Assembly: GCF_020745735.1 (NCBI RefSeq)
Contig: NC_083404.1
Span: 37,323,731 to 37,387,730, forward strand
Length of the DNA: 64,000 nucleotides
Source: Hemiscyllium ocellatum
Lineage: Eukaryota
Direction: 5' to 3'
Position numbers and translations under genes: made by a program. Below, in pieces: positions 48,621 through 61,000 of the stretch (its first letter is position 1; every line of letters begins with the position of its first letter). The notes beneath the pieces are model-generated. The model worked only from the letters and a program-made list of their open reading frames with translations. It was not told where the DNA came from and ran no database searches.

Positions 48621-50523
48621 GATGATGATTCCTAGAGGAGAATGATGCAGTGACCATAAGATTAACATCAACCAGCCATTCATGAACCACAGCCCACACC
48701 CAACCCCATCCGCGATGAGATTGTGTGAGCAACCTGTGGAAAATGAATCGGTGCGGGCTGGTGGGCCGAAGGGGAGGTTCCTGTGCTGTAACTTTCTTTG
48801 TTCCTTGTTCGAAAATGCAAATCAAAATTAGTTATAGTGTCATACAGCACAGAAACAGGCCACTCGGTCCAACCAGCCCATGACGACCATAATCCCAGCT
48901 AAACTGACCGCGTCTGCCTGCACTTAGCCCATGTTCCTCCTAACATTTCTTATTCATGTACATCTTAAAGTCTTCTAAACTTTGTAACCGTACCAGCATC
49001 CACTACTTCCTCTGGATGTTCATTCCACGTCCTAACCACTCCCTGGTTTAAAAAATTCCCTCACGTCTTGTTTAAAATCTTGCTCCTGTCACTTCGAGTC
49101 TTCTAGACTATCTAGTCTTGAAACCAACCTGCGCCCACACCCCGCCCTCCCCCACACCACCGCCTACCCTATGGGAAAGACATCTGCCATTCACCTTATC
49201 TATACTCCTCATAATTTTATAAACCTGTATAAGTGCAGCCTTCAACTTGCTGCCCTTCAGTGAAAAAAGTCCTAGTCTATCCAGCCTCTCCTTATAACTC
49301 AAATCCTGCATTCCTGGCGGCATCCCGGTAACTGTCTTGATGTCTGTCTGGGATCCAGGATTGAAAGGAATCTTGCCTTCAGCACAGAATCCCACATGGT
49401 GACTGTAACCACAGTGTCCAGTGGCAGGGCCACACGTCTGACTAAACTCCAAACCCCAAGGAACAATTAGTCTATCTCAAACCCAAGAAGTGTTGTTGGG
49501 AAGTGTAAACATATCCGAATTTTATCTGGATTCAGGAAAAGCACGTGGGAATGTAACTCTCAGCAGATTCACACGTGGACGGTTTCTAAGAAGTCTGTAA
49601 GGCGCTACTTCTTAAATACGTACGTGAGAAACCAATGAAAATAGCAGACCACTGATCGACCGTCGGCCACGTTTCCTTTCTACTGGAGAACTCTACAAAC
49701 AAAATTAAAAATTAGGTATGATATCAATTGTTTCGTGGTGTCAGTTGATTTGATTGTAAATTATTTGGAAATAAGCGAGTTGGCTCCGCTGGCATTCGAG
49801 GGATTACTGGGAATAACGTCTCTTTCAAAACGGAGGCAATCTAGAATGGTTCGCGAAGTGTGCACATTACTTCACAAAGAGACGGCGTAAGGTCCTGTGG
49901 GAAATTCAGAGGAAGGATTTGAAAGGTCTGCTGTGGAGGTAGGTTGGAATTCATACCTGGAGCAAAGTTACCACTGAAAATGCATGCGGGGTAGATCTGC
50001 TAAATTATTTATGAATGAATGAATAACGGTCTATGAACATCTATTAGATTGATATTCTTGGAAGTTTAAGTTTTTCCCACTGAGGAATTTGCACAAACAG
50101 ATTCGGAAACATTGATTACCTCACCCTAACATGTTGAGGGGAAATAAAAAGCTAAAATGAACCATTTGTTCGTTTTTAAATACATGACCAAAACCAAACT
50201 GACGTGTGTGGCAAAGATTGTCCGATTCTTCTACTGCGGGGGAAAAAAGCCAGGCGAACTAATTGAGCTTCAGTGGATGAAATAACTGAAAATGTTTCTT
50301 CAAGATGTGTCACTGGAATACGGCATCAGCGATACTGAAACCGTGCACGTAACTGCTCTGTTCCTTATTTCCACATCAGTCCTTGCATTCAAAACTCCAG
50401 TCATATTTATCTCTGCTTTTATTATTGAAATTGGAGTTAATCTTGGGTTTGATTTTGCGATTTGGTATTTCAGTAACAAGAACTCCACCTGTGGTCTGAA
50501 AACTGGGTAGGAGGCAGCCTTGG

Positions 50524-50563
50524 GGTTTTTGCAATGGGCTTCTTTCTGTTGTTTCTCACTGTG
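50524..50563 (-). other. RSS of V3: CACAGTG + 24 bp + GCAAAAACC
   Basis: Heptamer 50557-50563, spacer 50533-50556 (24 nt), nonamer 50524-50532. Confidence 0.87.
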
Positions 50564-51304
50564 GGGATCCAATAGGGACAGTAATAGATGGCAGCATCAG
50601 ACGGTTCAATGTTATCAATTACAAGGAAGAATAAAGAAACACTTTTCTCAACTGAGAACTTAGAGGGGATTCCCGGATCCAGCAGAACGCCGCTTTTGCT
50701 GAAATAAATTATCCTTCGAGGCGCCTGGTTGGGCTGTTGTTGGTACCAGTGGATAGTTTCCGTGTGTGGTGTGACGCATCGTATTTTGACTGTTGATGTC
50801 TTGGGCCTAGTGATTGATATTGGTAACTGTCTCAAGACCTCGGCAAAATGTTCACCTGCAAATAGAAAATATCGAAAAGTCACATAGCTGAGGAGACAGA
50901 CAGAAATCACAAAGAAAGCGGATAGGAAGGAACAGTTCCCATTAATACAACGGCCAAACTGCAGAAGACTCAAATTTAAGATTATCGGCAAAAGTAGAAA
51001 CGTGAGGGAAGAAAGATTCCCACAGCAAGTGTTGAGAATGTCGACTGCATTGGCTGTGGGCAGGTTCCTTCTTGGCTTTTTGAAGGAATAGTAGAAACTC
51101 GAGAAAAGGAAATAAATGCATGACTCTTGGAAAAGGCGGCGGGGGGATGGGTGGGTGTTGGAGCAAGCTGAGGATTTTTGGAGAGAGCCAACACAAAAAG
51201 AACGGGCTGAGTGGTGTCCCTCTGCAGCTTGATGGTTCGAACGGCTCGGTGTCGCACTCACTGGGGGAAAGCATCAACAGAACAACCAGACAATGGAACG
51301 ACAT
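50564..51304 (-). CDS. TRGV: TCR gamma V segment, family 3
   Basis: Leader 51262-51304 (MSFHCLVVLLMLSP, phase-1 donor GTGAGT); 406-bp intron; acceptor TATTTGCAG; V exon 50564-50855 encodes EVLRQLPISITRPKTSTVKIRCV...IHWYQQQPNQAPRRIIYF...SDAAIYYCPYWI. Confidence 0.84.
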
Positions 51305-52232
51305 GATGCAGCAATGATGATAAGGCTGCATTCACTGTGTTCAACCGGATAATTCAACAGGAAATGATTCGCATCCTGAATATAGGCAATGCAAACCAAT
51401 CCCGCTAGGGCTCGTGATGAATTGTCTTGGTGCATTTTATCTGCCAATTCCCTCATTTTGTGTTCCCTCAAATGGTTGATGATAATCTAATTTCTTCTTC
51501 CCTCACCCGCAGCCTATATTCCTTGACCCCTTTAACCACAAGAACCATACCTACATCCTTCTTGAAAACATTCAATCTTAGGCCTCAAACACTTTCTGTT
51601 AAAAATGAATACCACAGATTCACCACTTTCTGACTCAAGCTGGTTCTCCTCATATCAGTCGAAAAGATCCTGACCTTGTCTTAATCTTTGTTATAACTCC
51701 TGGATCTGTACTTCCCGAAGCACCCTTCCTGTTAGGATTTTATAGGTTTCTATGACATACTCACCCATTCTTTCTAAATTCTACTCTCTGTTCATACGTC
51801 AGTCCTACCATTCCAGGAATCAATTCCGTAAACCTTCACTGCACTCTGGGATCTAAAGTACACACAATATTCAGGGTGTGTCCTCACCAATGCCCTGTAT
51901 AATTTCAAATCTTTATCCAGTTCGCTTCCGAAAGTCACTCCTGGATCTGTTTCCACCAGCTTTTCAGGCAGAACATCCCAGATCACAACTTACTCCTAAC
52001 AAAGCAGAAACGTTATTTTGTATCGCTGTTTACTCAGCCCAGGAGGCTGTAAGTGATTTCATGGGAAGTTACGTGTCGATGTCCCGTTTACTCCTGCAAT
52101 GGGCCCAGAGCTGACGAACACAGTCGGGCACCCCCGCTCCACCCCGGGGTGACACTGTTCCAGCCGCTGGCGTGTCTGCCTACACTCTGCAATTCGATGA
52201 CTGAAGGAAGAAATCCACAGTGTAACTCCACT

Positions 52233-52445
52233 GCGGCACGGTGATACAGTGGTTACCACGTGTCTGCGTGGGTTTCCTCCGAGTGCTCCGGTTTCCTCCC
52301 ACAGTCACAAAGATGTGCGGGTCAGGTGAATTGGCCATGCTAAATTGCTTGTAGTGTTAGGTAAGGGGTATATGTTGCGCTTCGGCGGGTCGGTGTGGAC
52401 TTGTTGGGCCGAAGGGCCTGTTTCCACACTGTAAGTAATCTAATC
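52233..52445 (+). mobile_element. HE1-type V-SINE with an internal deletion
   Basis: Head joined directly to GTGTCTGCGTGGGTTTCCTCC; tail ends TAAGTAATCTAATC. Confidence 0.8.
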
Positions 52446-52645
52446 CACCCTCCGGCTCAGGGAGACCTTCACTGCAACTTCTACTCGACCAAAGCCCTTG
52501 AACTCCACAGTGAGTCGGCTCTCGGTGCTTTCACTCCAAGATCAGGAACAAATTGACCAATACGGCCGCGACCTGATTGGTGTCACACCACTCGCCAATT
52601 CACGGATTCAGGCGCAAGAAGCTCAGCACAAATCCAGCTGTGGTG

Positions 52646-52812
52646 TCATAGAGTCATGGAGTCATAGAGATGTACAGCATGGAAACAGGCCATTCGGTCC
52701 AACCCGTCCATGCCGACCAGATATCCCAACCCAATCTAGTCCCACCTGCCAGCACCCGGCCCATATCCCTCCAAACCCTTCCTATTCATATAGCCATCCA
52801 AATGCCTTTTAA
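52646..52812 (-). mobile_element. 5'-truncated CR1/HER1 LINE 3' end inserted behind the V1c RSS
   Basis: Begins with the tail repeat TCATAGAGTCATGGAGTCATAGAG; absent from the homologous site in V1a/V1b (~15100). Confidence 0.75.
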
Positions 52813-52874
52813 TTGCTACTTTACCCAACTAGGGGAGGGGTGTTTCTCTGATAGCTTAGCTTCGAATGGTTCAG

Positions 52875-52913
52875 TATTTTTGTACGAACATTGCATTGAT
52901 GTCTCGCAGCGTG
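52875..52913 (-). other. 23-RSS of V1c: CACGCTG + 23 bp + ACAAAAATA
   Basis: Heptamer 52907-52913, spacer 52884-52906, nonamer 52875-52883; both motifs deviate from consensus. Confidence 0.85.
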
Positions 52914-53353
52914 TATAACCCAGCAGGCACAGTAATAGGTGGCCGTGTCCTCTTCCTTCACGTTGCCGATTGTGAGGTAGAAATCGTTATTTTTGTATTT
53001 ATCAGCATTGAACCGATCACCAAATCCCGAATCCCTCGATATGCCTGATCCATAATAAAGGATTCGAGTGGGTGCCTGACCGGGTTTTTGCTGGTACCAG
53101 TGAAGGGGATTGCTGTTACTGATAGTTAATCCTCCGACTTCGCATTTGAATCGAGCGATTTTACCCACATTTTTGGTCATAGATGGGACAGTCTGTTTCA
53201 ATGTTTGTGCAAGATATCCGCCTAAGGAAAGAATAGACAGGGTTACAAATAACCGCTTGATGGCTACGAATGAACAACGATATCTGAATAATAGCGTCAG
53301 AAACACATACAGGGCAATGCGGTTACCACAATGAGCCAGTAATACAGCGACAT
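52914..53353 (-). CDS. TRGV: TCR gamma V segment, family 1 copy c
   Basis: Leader 53311-53353; 89-bp intron; V exon 52914-53221 ends YYCACWVI; diverged from V1a/b mainly in CDR1, CDR2 and FR3. Confidence 0.87.
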
Positions 53354-55983
53354 GTTCACTCGGTCTTCAACTGTTCTCTCAAGCAGCTGGATAGAAACTA
53401 AAAAGAAATGAATCGCTTCTTTCAAACCAATCAGTGAGACATTGGTCAGGGTTGAACCCCGCCCCCTGCCCTCCAGGTCGGTTATTTGCAATATAAACAG
53501 AAAATGTTGGAAATATTCCAGCAGCAGCTGTGGAGAGAGTAACCGAGCTGGAAAACGCTGAGATGTTGATAGAATTTTAACCCAGAGCGAAGGCAGGGAA
53601 GTACGGAGGTATCAACAAAAGGAAAATCTGTGACCGGGTGGAGGATGGGAGAGTTAAATATCTCAAGGGATGGGCGGGGTAGGGAAACTAATAGAGCGAA
53701 AGATTTGATAGCTGCCTGGAACCAGTTGAATACATTCTTGTACATGAAAGGAAGTAGCAGCAGCGAGTGCATACACTCATAGTAATCTTACAAGAATCAT
53801 TAGATTCTGGAAAGGTTGAAGAGGATTGGAAAACTGTATGGCACCTTGGTTTAAAAAGGCAACAGACAACAAAGTAGGTAATTGCACGCCAGTTAGCTTA
53901 ATGTCAGAGATTTGGGAAATGCTAGAGTCTGTTTTAATGGATATAATAGCAAAGTCTTTAGATGTTCATAATATGAGCATGCAGAATCAGTATGGCATCA
54001 TGAAGGGGAAGTCGCGCCTGACCATTTGAATAGAAATGTAATAAATAAAGGGGAAGCAGTGAAGTAAGAAGATCCATAGCAATGTGGTTGCTTCTTATCT
54101 ACTATATGGGCAATTAGTGATGGACAATAAATTCTGGCTTAGCCAGCGACACCCTCATCCCTTGAATGAATAAAAAAGATACAAATATATGTGGGAAGGC
54201 AAGTGTTGGCATGGCACAATGAGTGTGCAAAGGGATGAAGACATGTAACGTAAATTAGGAAAACTTGCCATATTGCATGTAATGTGAGATTACATGTATA
54301 ATTCTTGGCTTTTACCTTCATGAAAGCTTCTGTAGTCTTGCTTCCCTTATCAGTGAATCATAAAAAATGAAAATGTAGCATTGTTGTGCTTGCAAACAAA
54401 GAAAAATGCAGCATTTATTTATTATGAAGAATATATGCTAATTCAATTGAGAAATTTAAATCTGGGGCTAAATATATTTTGTTATCTACATTTATTTTGT
54501 GCCATGTGCACTGTAGACTCACAGCAGATGATGCAGTGTACATTCTCTCAGCATTGTTAAGGTGACAATATGACCATTTTAACTCAGTGCCAGTGAGAAA
54601 CTTTAAGATGATTCCAGTCAGATCAGTCTGGGGTTGCAGGAGATATTTTATGTGGTCCCATCCACCTGCTGCATTTACTCTTCTAGAGATTGTGGGTTTG
54701 GAAGACGAGCAATGGTGAAAGGTGTGAGCATCTCGCAGATGGTGCGCTGTGCACCTGTCGTGCATTAATGCTTGAAACTAATGAATACTGTTCCAATTAA
54801 TTGAGGGTACTTTTACCTTGGATGGTGTTCACCTTCTGAAGTGTTCTTATAGCCACTCTCATCCAGGTAACTGAAGACAATTCTCCCACTCTGCTGATGT
54901 GTAAGCTGTATGGTGGGCAGGCTATAAGTAGTGACAAATTGAGATTTTTCCACAATATACCAGCCTGCAATCTTGTCTTTTAACCACAGAGTTTATATAA
55001 TTGCCTGGTTAGTTTTCTCATCCATGGTAGTCCCCAGGATATTGATGGTGTTGGCCTCAGTTCTGGTCAGCAATTGAATGTCACAGTGAGGTGCTTAAAT
55101 TCCCTTATGCTGCAGAGGGTCACTTGCTTTGCATTTGGGTGAAATTCTCAACTCAAGTCTGAATGTTGTTTGGGTTTTCCTACATATAGATATTAAGCGA
55201 TTCAATATCTGATGAGTCATGAATGATCATGAACACCGCAGTCATCAGCAAATATCCTTATTTCTGATTTTATAATGGAGAGAATTGATGAAGTAACTGA
55301 AGATTTTTGGGCATAGATCACCATTCTGATGGCCTCCCCGGTAATGTTTCGGAGCTGGAATTATTGGCTTCCAGTGACCTCAGATATATGCCTTTGTGCT
55401 ATGTATGATTCCAGGTATGGAAAGTCCCTGGCCCACGATTCTTATTTACCTTAATTCTATTCAGGATCCTCGATGCCATATTTCGTTAATGCCTCCTTGT
55501 TTTTAAGGTAATTGATAACGAGCTTTGTTTTAATACGTTTGGATTGAGATTGTGATAAGGACTGGAGATGAGTGGACCTGATTGAATCAAAACTGAAATC
55601 TGTGAACGCATTGTTGCTGTATGAAAAGTTTAAGTCATACTGTTCGACACCTTAAGACATATCTCTGGACTGGAAGGGATTTGAGACAGACACAATTTAT
55701 TGCTTGATAACACTATCATTTGGACCTTCCATCACTTTGTTAATAACTGAAAGATGACTGTTAGGGGAAGCAATTTGCCAATTTGATTTGTCTCAAGTTT
55801 CATGCAGAGGACTTGCTCAAGAATTTGTGCGCAAAATCAGGTAGATGCCAGTATTGTCGTTGGAGCTTTGTGGAACACATTAACTATGACACAACTGTGC
55901 CCAGCTTTTTTTATGTGAAGGAACACTGATTCATCAGATCAGGATAGCATATCATAATCAACTAGAGGTTTCACACTCATTTA

Positions 55984-56286
55984 GTGGGCGGCACAGTGGC
56001 ACAGTGGTTAGCACTGCTGCCTCACCGCGTCAGAGACCCGAGTTCAACTCCCGGGCGACTGGCTGTGTGTACTTTGCACATTCTTCCGGTGTCTGCGTGG
56101 GCTTCCTCCAGATGCTCCGGTTTTCTCCCACAGGAATGTGCAGGTTAGGTGAATTAGCTTTGCTAAATTGCCCGTAGTATTAGGTGAAGGGGTAAATGCA
56201 GACGAATGGGTCTGGGTGTGTTGCTCTTCGGCGGGTCGGCGTGGACTTGTTGGGCCGAAGGGCCTGTTTCTACACTGCAAGTAATG
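55984..56286 (+). mobile_element. HE1-type V-SINE (more diverged)
   Basis: Head GGGCGGCACAGTGGCACAGTGGTTAGC, V-domain and tail. Confidence 0.85.
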
Positions 56287-57421
56287 TTCTTTGATCAGAT
56301 TACATGAGATGCGATTTCTAAGGGTTGACGTGGTACAGTGCCAGTGCCCCTATATTTGGTCCAGGAGTTCCAGCTTCAAGTCCCACCAGCATCGTTTTAT
56401 TTAACTAGTGTTTTTAAAAATATGCAAATTTCATGGGTTCACAATTACGTTTAGAACTCCTGGCCAGTCCCTCCACCTGTATATCACGATACTGCCTCTC
56501 ATTATTGGTGCAAGGTTATACGTGCAGCAAGTTGGTGATCGAGATTGGGAGAGTGGTTTACGAAATGATTCTGTCATTTCTTGAACAGTCTATGGACCCA
56601 AGAACCTAGGTGTGTGAGAAGTTACTTGCAAGATCTAACACCAAAGGCGATTGATTTTCCTATTTGATTCTTGGCTCTCATTTCTGCAGCAGTCCATCGA
56701 CTCCATTTGGCGTGTTTCACACACAGGGTAGCAGGTTTTATTGACTAACAATTATTTGTAAACTCCAATTGCTGTTCAAGGCAACCCAGTAGTTTCATTG
56801 CATTACTGCATCTGATATTTTAAAAATGTAAAACCTCAACCACATCTAGAGGTGTGTGAATCTGTATTCAGACCTTAGTCCAGAGCTCGAGGTGAGGAGT
56901 CACGTAACCTTACCCGCGGTATTCATTCCAGTTTGCGGGTGAGGATCCCCGGTTGGTTTATGAATTTAGGTCACAAATCGCCATTAAATCACTTTACGTC
57001 CTAACTTTACGACTTTTAAGAGCTGAAAGACTTCTAAAAGACTTCCCCCTTCTAATTCTTTTGGATGTGACTGCAATATACGTTGGATGCATTGTGTTAG
57101 TTTAGCTGGCATTTTCATTGATACGTAGTCATTCGATATTGGAAGGCTTTGAAACCCATTGTTGGATTTTCTGAGATCATAAATTAACGGAGCTGTTCGT
57201 TAAAACAGTAAGTGGATTGTTATGTCTACTTACAGAACAGTGAGACGTCTCATAATTAAATCTCATAGGATTAACAAAATAATTCTCCCCAGTTTAACAA
57301 CACAACGCAAACAACATCTGAAACAGGCGCAGCGCGGAATTAAAAGCTGGTAGAAATCTCCTAACGCTACACCTGACATTTGTGTGATAACAGGCTGCAA
57401 AGAATCAGCAGGACGGCGCTC

Positions 57422-57460
57422 GCTTTTTGTGCGGGTTTCCCCTGCCTTTCAGTTACTGTG
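57422..57460 (-). other. 23-RSS of V4: CACAGTA + 23 bp + ACAAAAAGC
   Basis: Heptamer 57454-57460, spacer 57431-57453, nonamer 57422-57430. Confidence 0.9.
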
Positions 57461-57901
57461 TAGCCCAGAACGCACAGTAATAGACCCCAGAGTCATCCTC
57501 TTTGATATTCCTCATGAGCAACCTGCACGTTTGGGTCGCAGATATTTTGTCAGCATGTAGTACTCTGTCGGCCACATCTTGCTGAGTTTCAGACGGATTC
57601 TTGAAATATAGCAGGCGCTGTAGCCCTTGACCCGGGGTCTGCCGGTACCAATGGATAACCGCATTGTCGAAATCGCTCCCTTCAAACTTACATTCAAACC
57701 GTACAGTCTTCCCCGGAGCTCTGGTCATTGAATTTGGAGACTGTGTCAAGGTTTGAGCAACAGATTTTCCTGCCAGTGAAAGAGATGCAAATCAAGTTAT
57801 TTGTTCATACAGAGGCCACAGAATACGGAAATAATCAGTTGGAACTTGCTGTACTGACCGAGAAGAGCGGTGAGCAAAATCGCAAGGACGTGACCCTTCA
57901 T
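57461..57901 (-). CDS. TRGV: TCR gamma V segment, family 4
   Basis: Leader 57859-57901 (MKGHVLAILLTALL, donor GTCAGT); 89-bp intron; V exon 57461-57769 encodes QTLTQSPNSMTRAPGKTVRFECKF...VIHWYRQTPGQGLQRLLYF...DDSGVYYCAFWA, typical of TRGV. Confidence 0.9.
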
Positions 57902-57969
57902 GTTGATGTGATCAACGTGGAATTGATTGGGATTCGTTTAAAGCCCTCAAGAAGCCAATACAAAATCGG

Positions 57970-58030
57970 AAATGATGTCAACCAATTTTACCCAATTAAA
58001 CCTTTCTGTGGCCTCGAGAATGACGTTTTC
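57970..58030 (-). promoter_or_regulatory. Putative family-4 V promoter (CRE-like TGACATCA next to CCAAT)
   Basis: TGACATCA on the minus strand at 57973-57980, CCAAT at 57982-57986 and TGACGT near 58021, about 70-125 bp upstream of the ATG. Confidence 0.4.
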
Positions 58031-61000
58031 ATTCAGTGAGTGGGCGTTTTCACCTTGTTGACATTCTCTTTAAATCCGCCCGTCAACACACCCCAGTACA
58101 ACACGCAAGGCAACCTGCTGAAGAGTCATCTCCACTCGAAACGTTGGCTTGTTTTCTCCCCATGGAGGCTGCCTGACCCGCTGTGATCTCCAGCAGCTTT
58201 TTGTTTTCAGTATAGATTCTAGCATCTGCAGCAAATTGCTCCTCCCACCCAGACTTCTCGCTGCCTCGCAAAGGCACCAACATATTTAAAGACCTCTCCC
58301 ACCCGGGTAATGGTCTCTTCCAACCTCTTCCTTGGGCAGAAGATATAAAGGCTTAAACAGACGTGCCAACAAATTCAAGAAAGCTTCTTTCCCTCTTTAA
58401 TTAACTTCTGAATGGACCTCTCAATTTTAAATACAATGTTGATTTTGCTCCTTGTGCACCTTCTCTGCCACCTGTCACTCTGTTCTATTTCCCGAATGCA
58501 GTTTGTATGGTATAATCTGACTGTACTGCACACAAAACAAAACTTTTCACTGTACCCAGGTACATGCGAAACTAGTGAATCAAGTTAAGTCAACCATGCT
58601 GATCACTCACTGTATACATTGCTTTCACTTTTACACAGGATGTAGGTTTTCATGTGTTTCCTTGTCCCATTCCAACAGTTTACTTAAAAATAAGTTTGCA
58701 GATCTGCAGTTCTGAGGGTCACCAGACCGAAGCCTTTAACTCTGATTCCTCTTCACAGATATTGCCAGACCTGCTAAGCTTTTCCAGCAATTTCTATTAT
58801 TTATTAAAGATCTACTTTTTTTGTATGTTTTCATCAACCTCTTCAGATATGTTATAACATGCCTCTAGAGCAGGTGGGACTTGAACAAGGCTCTCTTGGG
58901 ATAGGTATAGGGGAACTACCACTGCACCACAAGAACCCTTAGATCTACCTCTCTTATTCCAAGAACAACTTTGTGCAGTTAGAAAAATATTTCTAAGCCC
59001 CACTCAATTTTTTTTTGCTGTTCTGAAGTTGAAGGTGTCAGTGTATGTGTGTCGTGTAAAAGAGAGTGAATACTGTTCTGAACTGAGAGCTGATAAGCAC
59101 CTGTAATGAATAGCTAGCAGTCGCGGAGTGTACTGAGAAATTGAAAATATGTAACATTTCGCTGTGAAATGGATGCCTGAGTTGGTTGCTGTTTTGACAG
59201 CAACTCAAATTTAACCAATGAATTTAAATTATGCCCCAGGATAGTGAAACCCAATCGAGTTTGAATTTATTGATTTGTGAACGTTGAACCAATGAGATGT
59301 TCTGATGTTGGGAGTGCTTAAAAAGCAGGCATTTTGAAAGTCAGGCAGAGTAACTGCAGTCTAGAGGGTAGCTGCCATAGAGAGGGAGAGAGACCCAAAA
59401 CATTGAAACACTCTCTGTCAAAGGTACCTTTTCATATGAAAAAAAAATCAAAGAAAACTGAAAGAAGATGATGCAGGGAGATCTTCAGCCAAAAGAAAAA
59501 AGACACTGGAGATGACAGTTGCTCTATGGTTTTGAAATTAAGTTGATATAATTTTAATAAGCTCTTATTTGAACAGTATAGTTTTATAGAGTTGGAGACA
59601 GGAAATATCAGTCAAGAGAAAGGGGGATTAGAACTATGAAGAGTTATTGTTTAATGCTCACTTTTAGAGTTAAAGAATAAATTTAAAGAGTGGAATTTGG
59701 GAGTTCTTTGTCACTCATACTTTAACAGGTTACGTGACTTGGTGCAGTTTTCTGGGTGTTAGGTTTAATTAACAGAAGGGTTCACTGCCATGTTGTAATA
59801 GTGCATAGATCAACTACTCACAATGAAAGCAATCTATGACATCTTTGTCACTGTCCCCAGTGTATCTTGTTGGGTGACCAGAAATGGCAATATCACTCAA
59901 TCTGGTCTGACCAGAGGTTGTTATAGCTTGTCCATTATCTCCTCTGCCCTGCACTAATTTTGTTGTTTGTCAAAGGCAACCAGTTTATTCTCGATGGTGT
60001 TAGTTGCATTTGTTTGATGGAGATTGATTCTGTTTAAGCTCCTTCTTCAACATCATGTTTGGATTTTCAAACTAATTCATATGATTAATGTTTCGCCTAT
60101 TGTTTCCACCAGATGTGTAACTCTTTCTGTCTCTGTCTCTCCCATCCTCAGACTTATATCTTCTTCTTTCCTCTGTCCTTTCCCCATCTCCTTTCCCTTT
60201 TTGATCCTGGTCTTTATCTCTCAGTGTCACTTTTGTGATCTCCTGCCTTTTCTCATTCTTTTTCTTGCCCTCCATATCATCCGGGTCTTCGTTTCTCTTC
60301 TCATGTCCTTTCTTCCTGCTTTATACTGCGTTTACTTGTTTACTTCTCATGTTCTCTCTATTTTGCTCCTGCTCTTCTTTTCTTTTGTTCTCTGATTGTT
60401 TGTCCATTATATTGTTCTCACATTCTTTCTTTCAGACTCACTCTCTGAAAATGAAGTGCAGGGAGTTTTGGCTGTGCCTGTACAATGAAAACAGAAAATT
60501 AGCACTTAGATGTAATTTGGAGATGCCGGTGTTGAACTGGTGTGTACAAAGTTAAAAATCACAACACACCAGGTGATAGTCCAACAGGTTTAATTGGAAG
60601 CACTAGCTTTAGGAGCGCTGCTCCTTCATCAGGTGGTTCATCTAACCAATTAGATGTAGGAAGCAATCAAGCAAGTAAGTCATATGTTTGCCTTTCATTC
60701 AATAGCATCAGGTGCAAGACTGATGACACCTTGCTGCAAGTATATGTGCCTTTGCTAAGACTACGTGCAGTTTTAGTATAAGGAAGCATAGATCTTCATC
60801 GGAAGCATTACAGCAAATGTTCAATAGCTTGGTGACTGGAAAGAGAGCGGTTGTCCGAAAATGAGAGATTTCGTAGTCTCTATATGCTCAAGAGTTCAGA
60901 ACAATGAGAGGTGTTCGAACTGAAACAAAATATTTTGAAAAGTCTGATAGGATAGTCACAAGTCTTGTTTCCCTGATTGGAAGATCTGGAACGAGGGCAG

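Larger units (their letters stand above)
39671..53688 (+). repeat. Older segmental duplication, unit D
   Basis: 39671-48743 aligns to 53681-64000 at roughly 85-90% identity by eye (for example ORFs 46479/61528). Confidence 0.88.

Noticed and set aside
50470-51261. 263-aa ORF as a single-exon protein
   Set aside because: It starts at GTG and reads through the intron; the real structure is leader 51262-51304 spliced to V exon 50564-50855.
15212-57901. Immunoglobulin light-chain cluster interpretation
   Set aside because: No J or C segment lies near any V, as shark Ig clusters would require; the sequence motifs fit TRG better. Not tested by database search.
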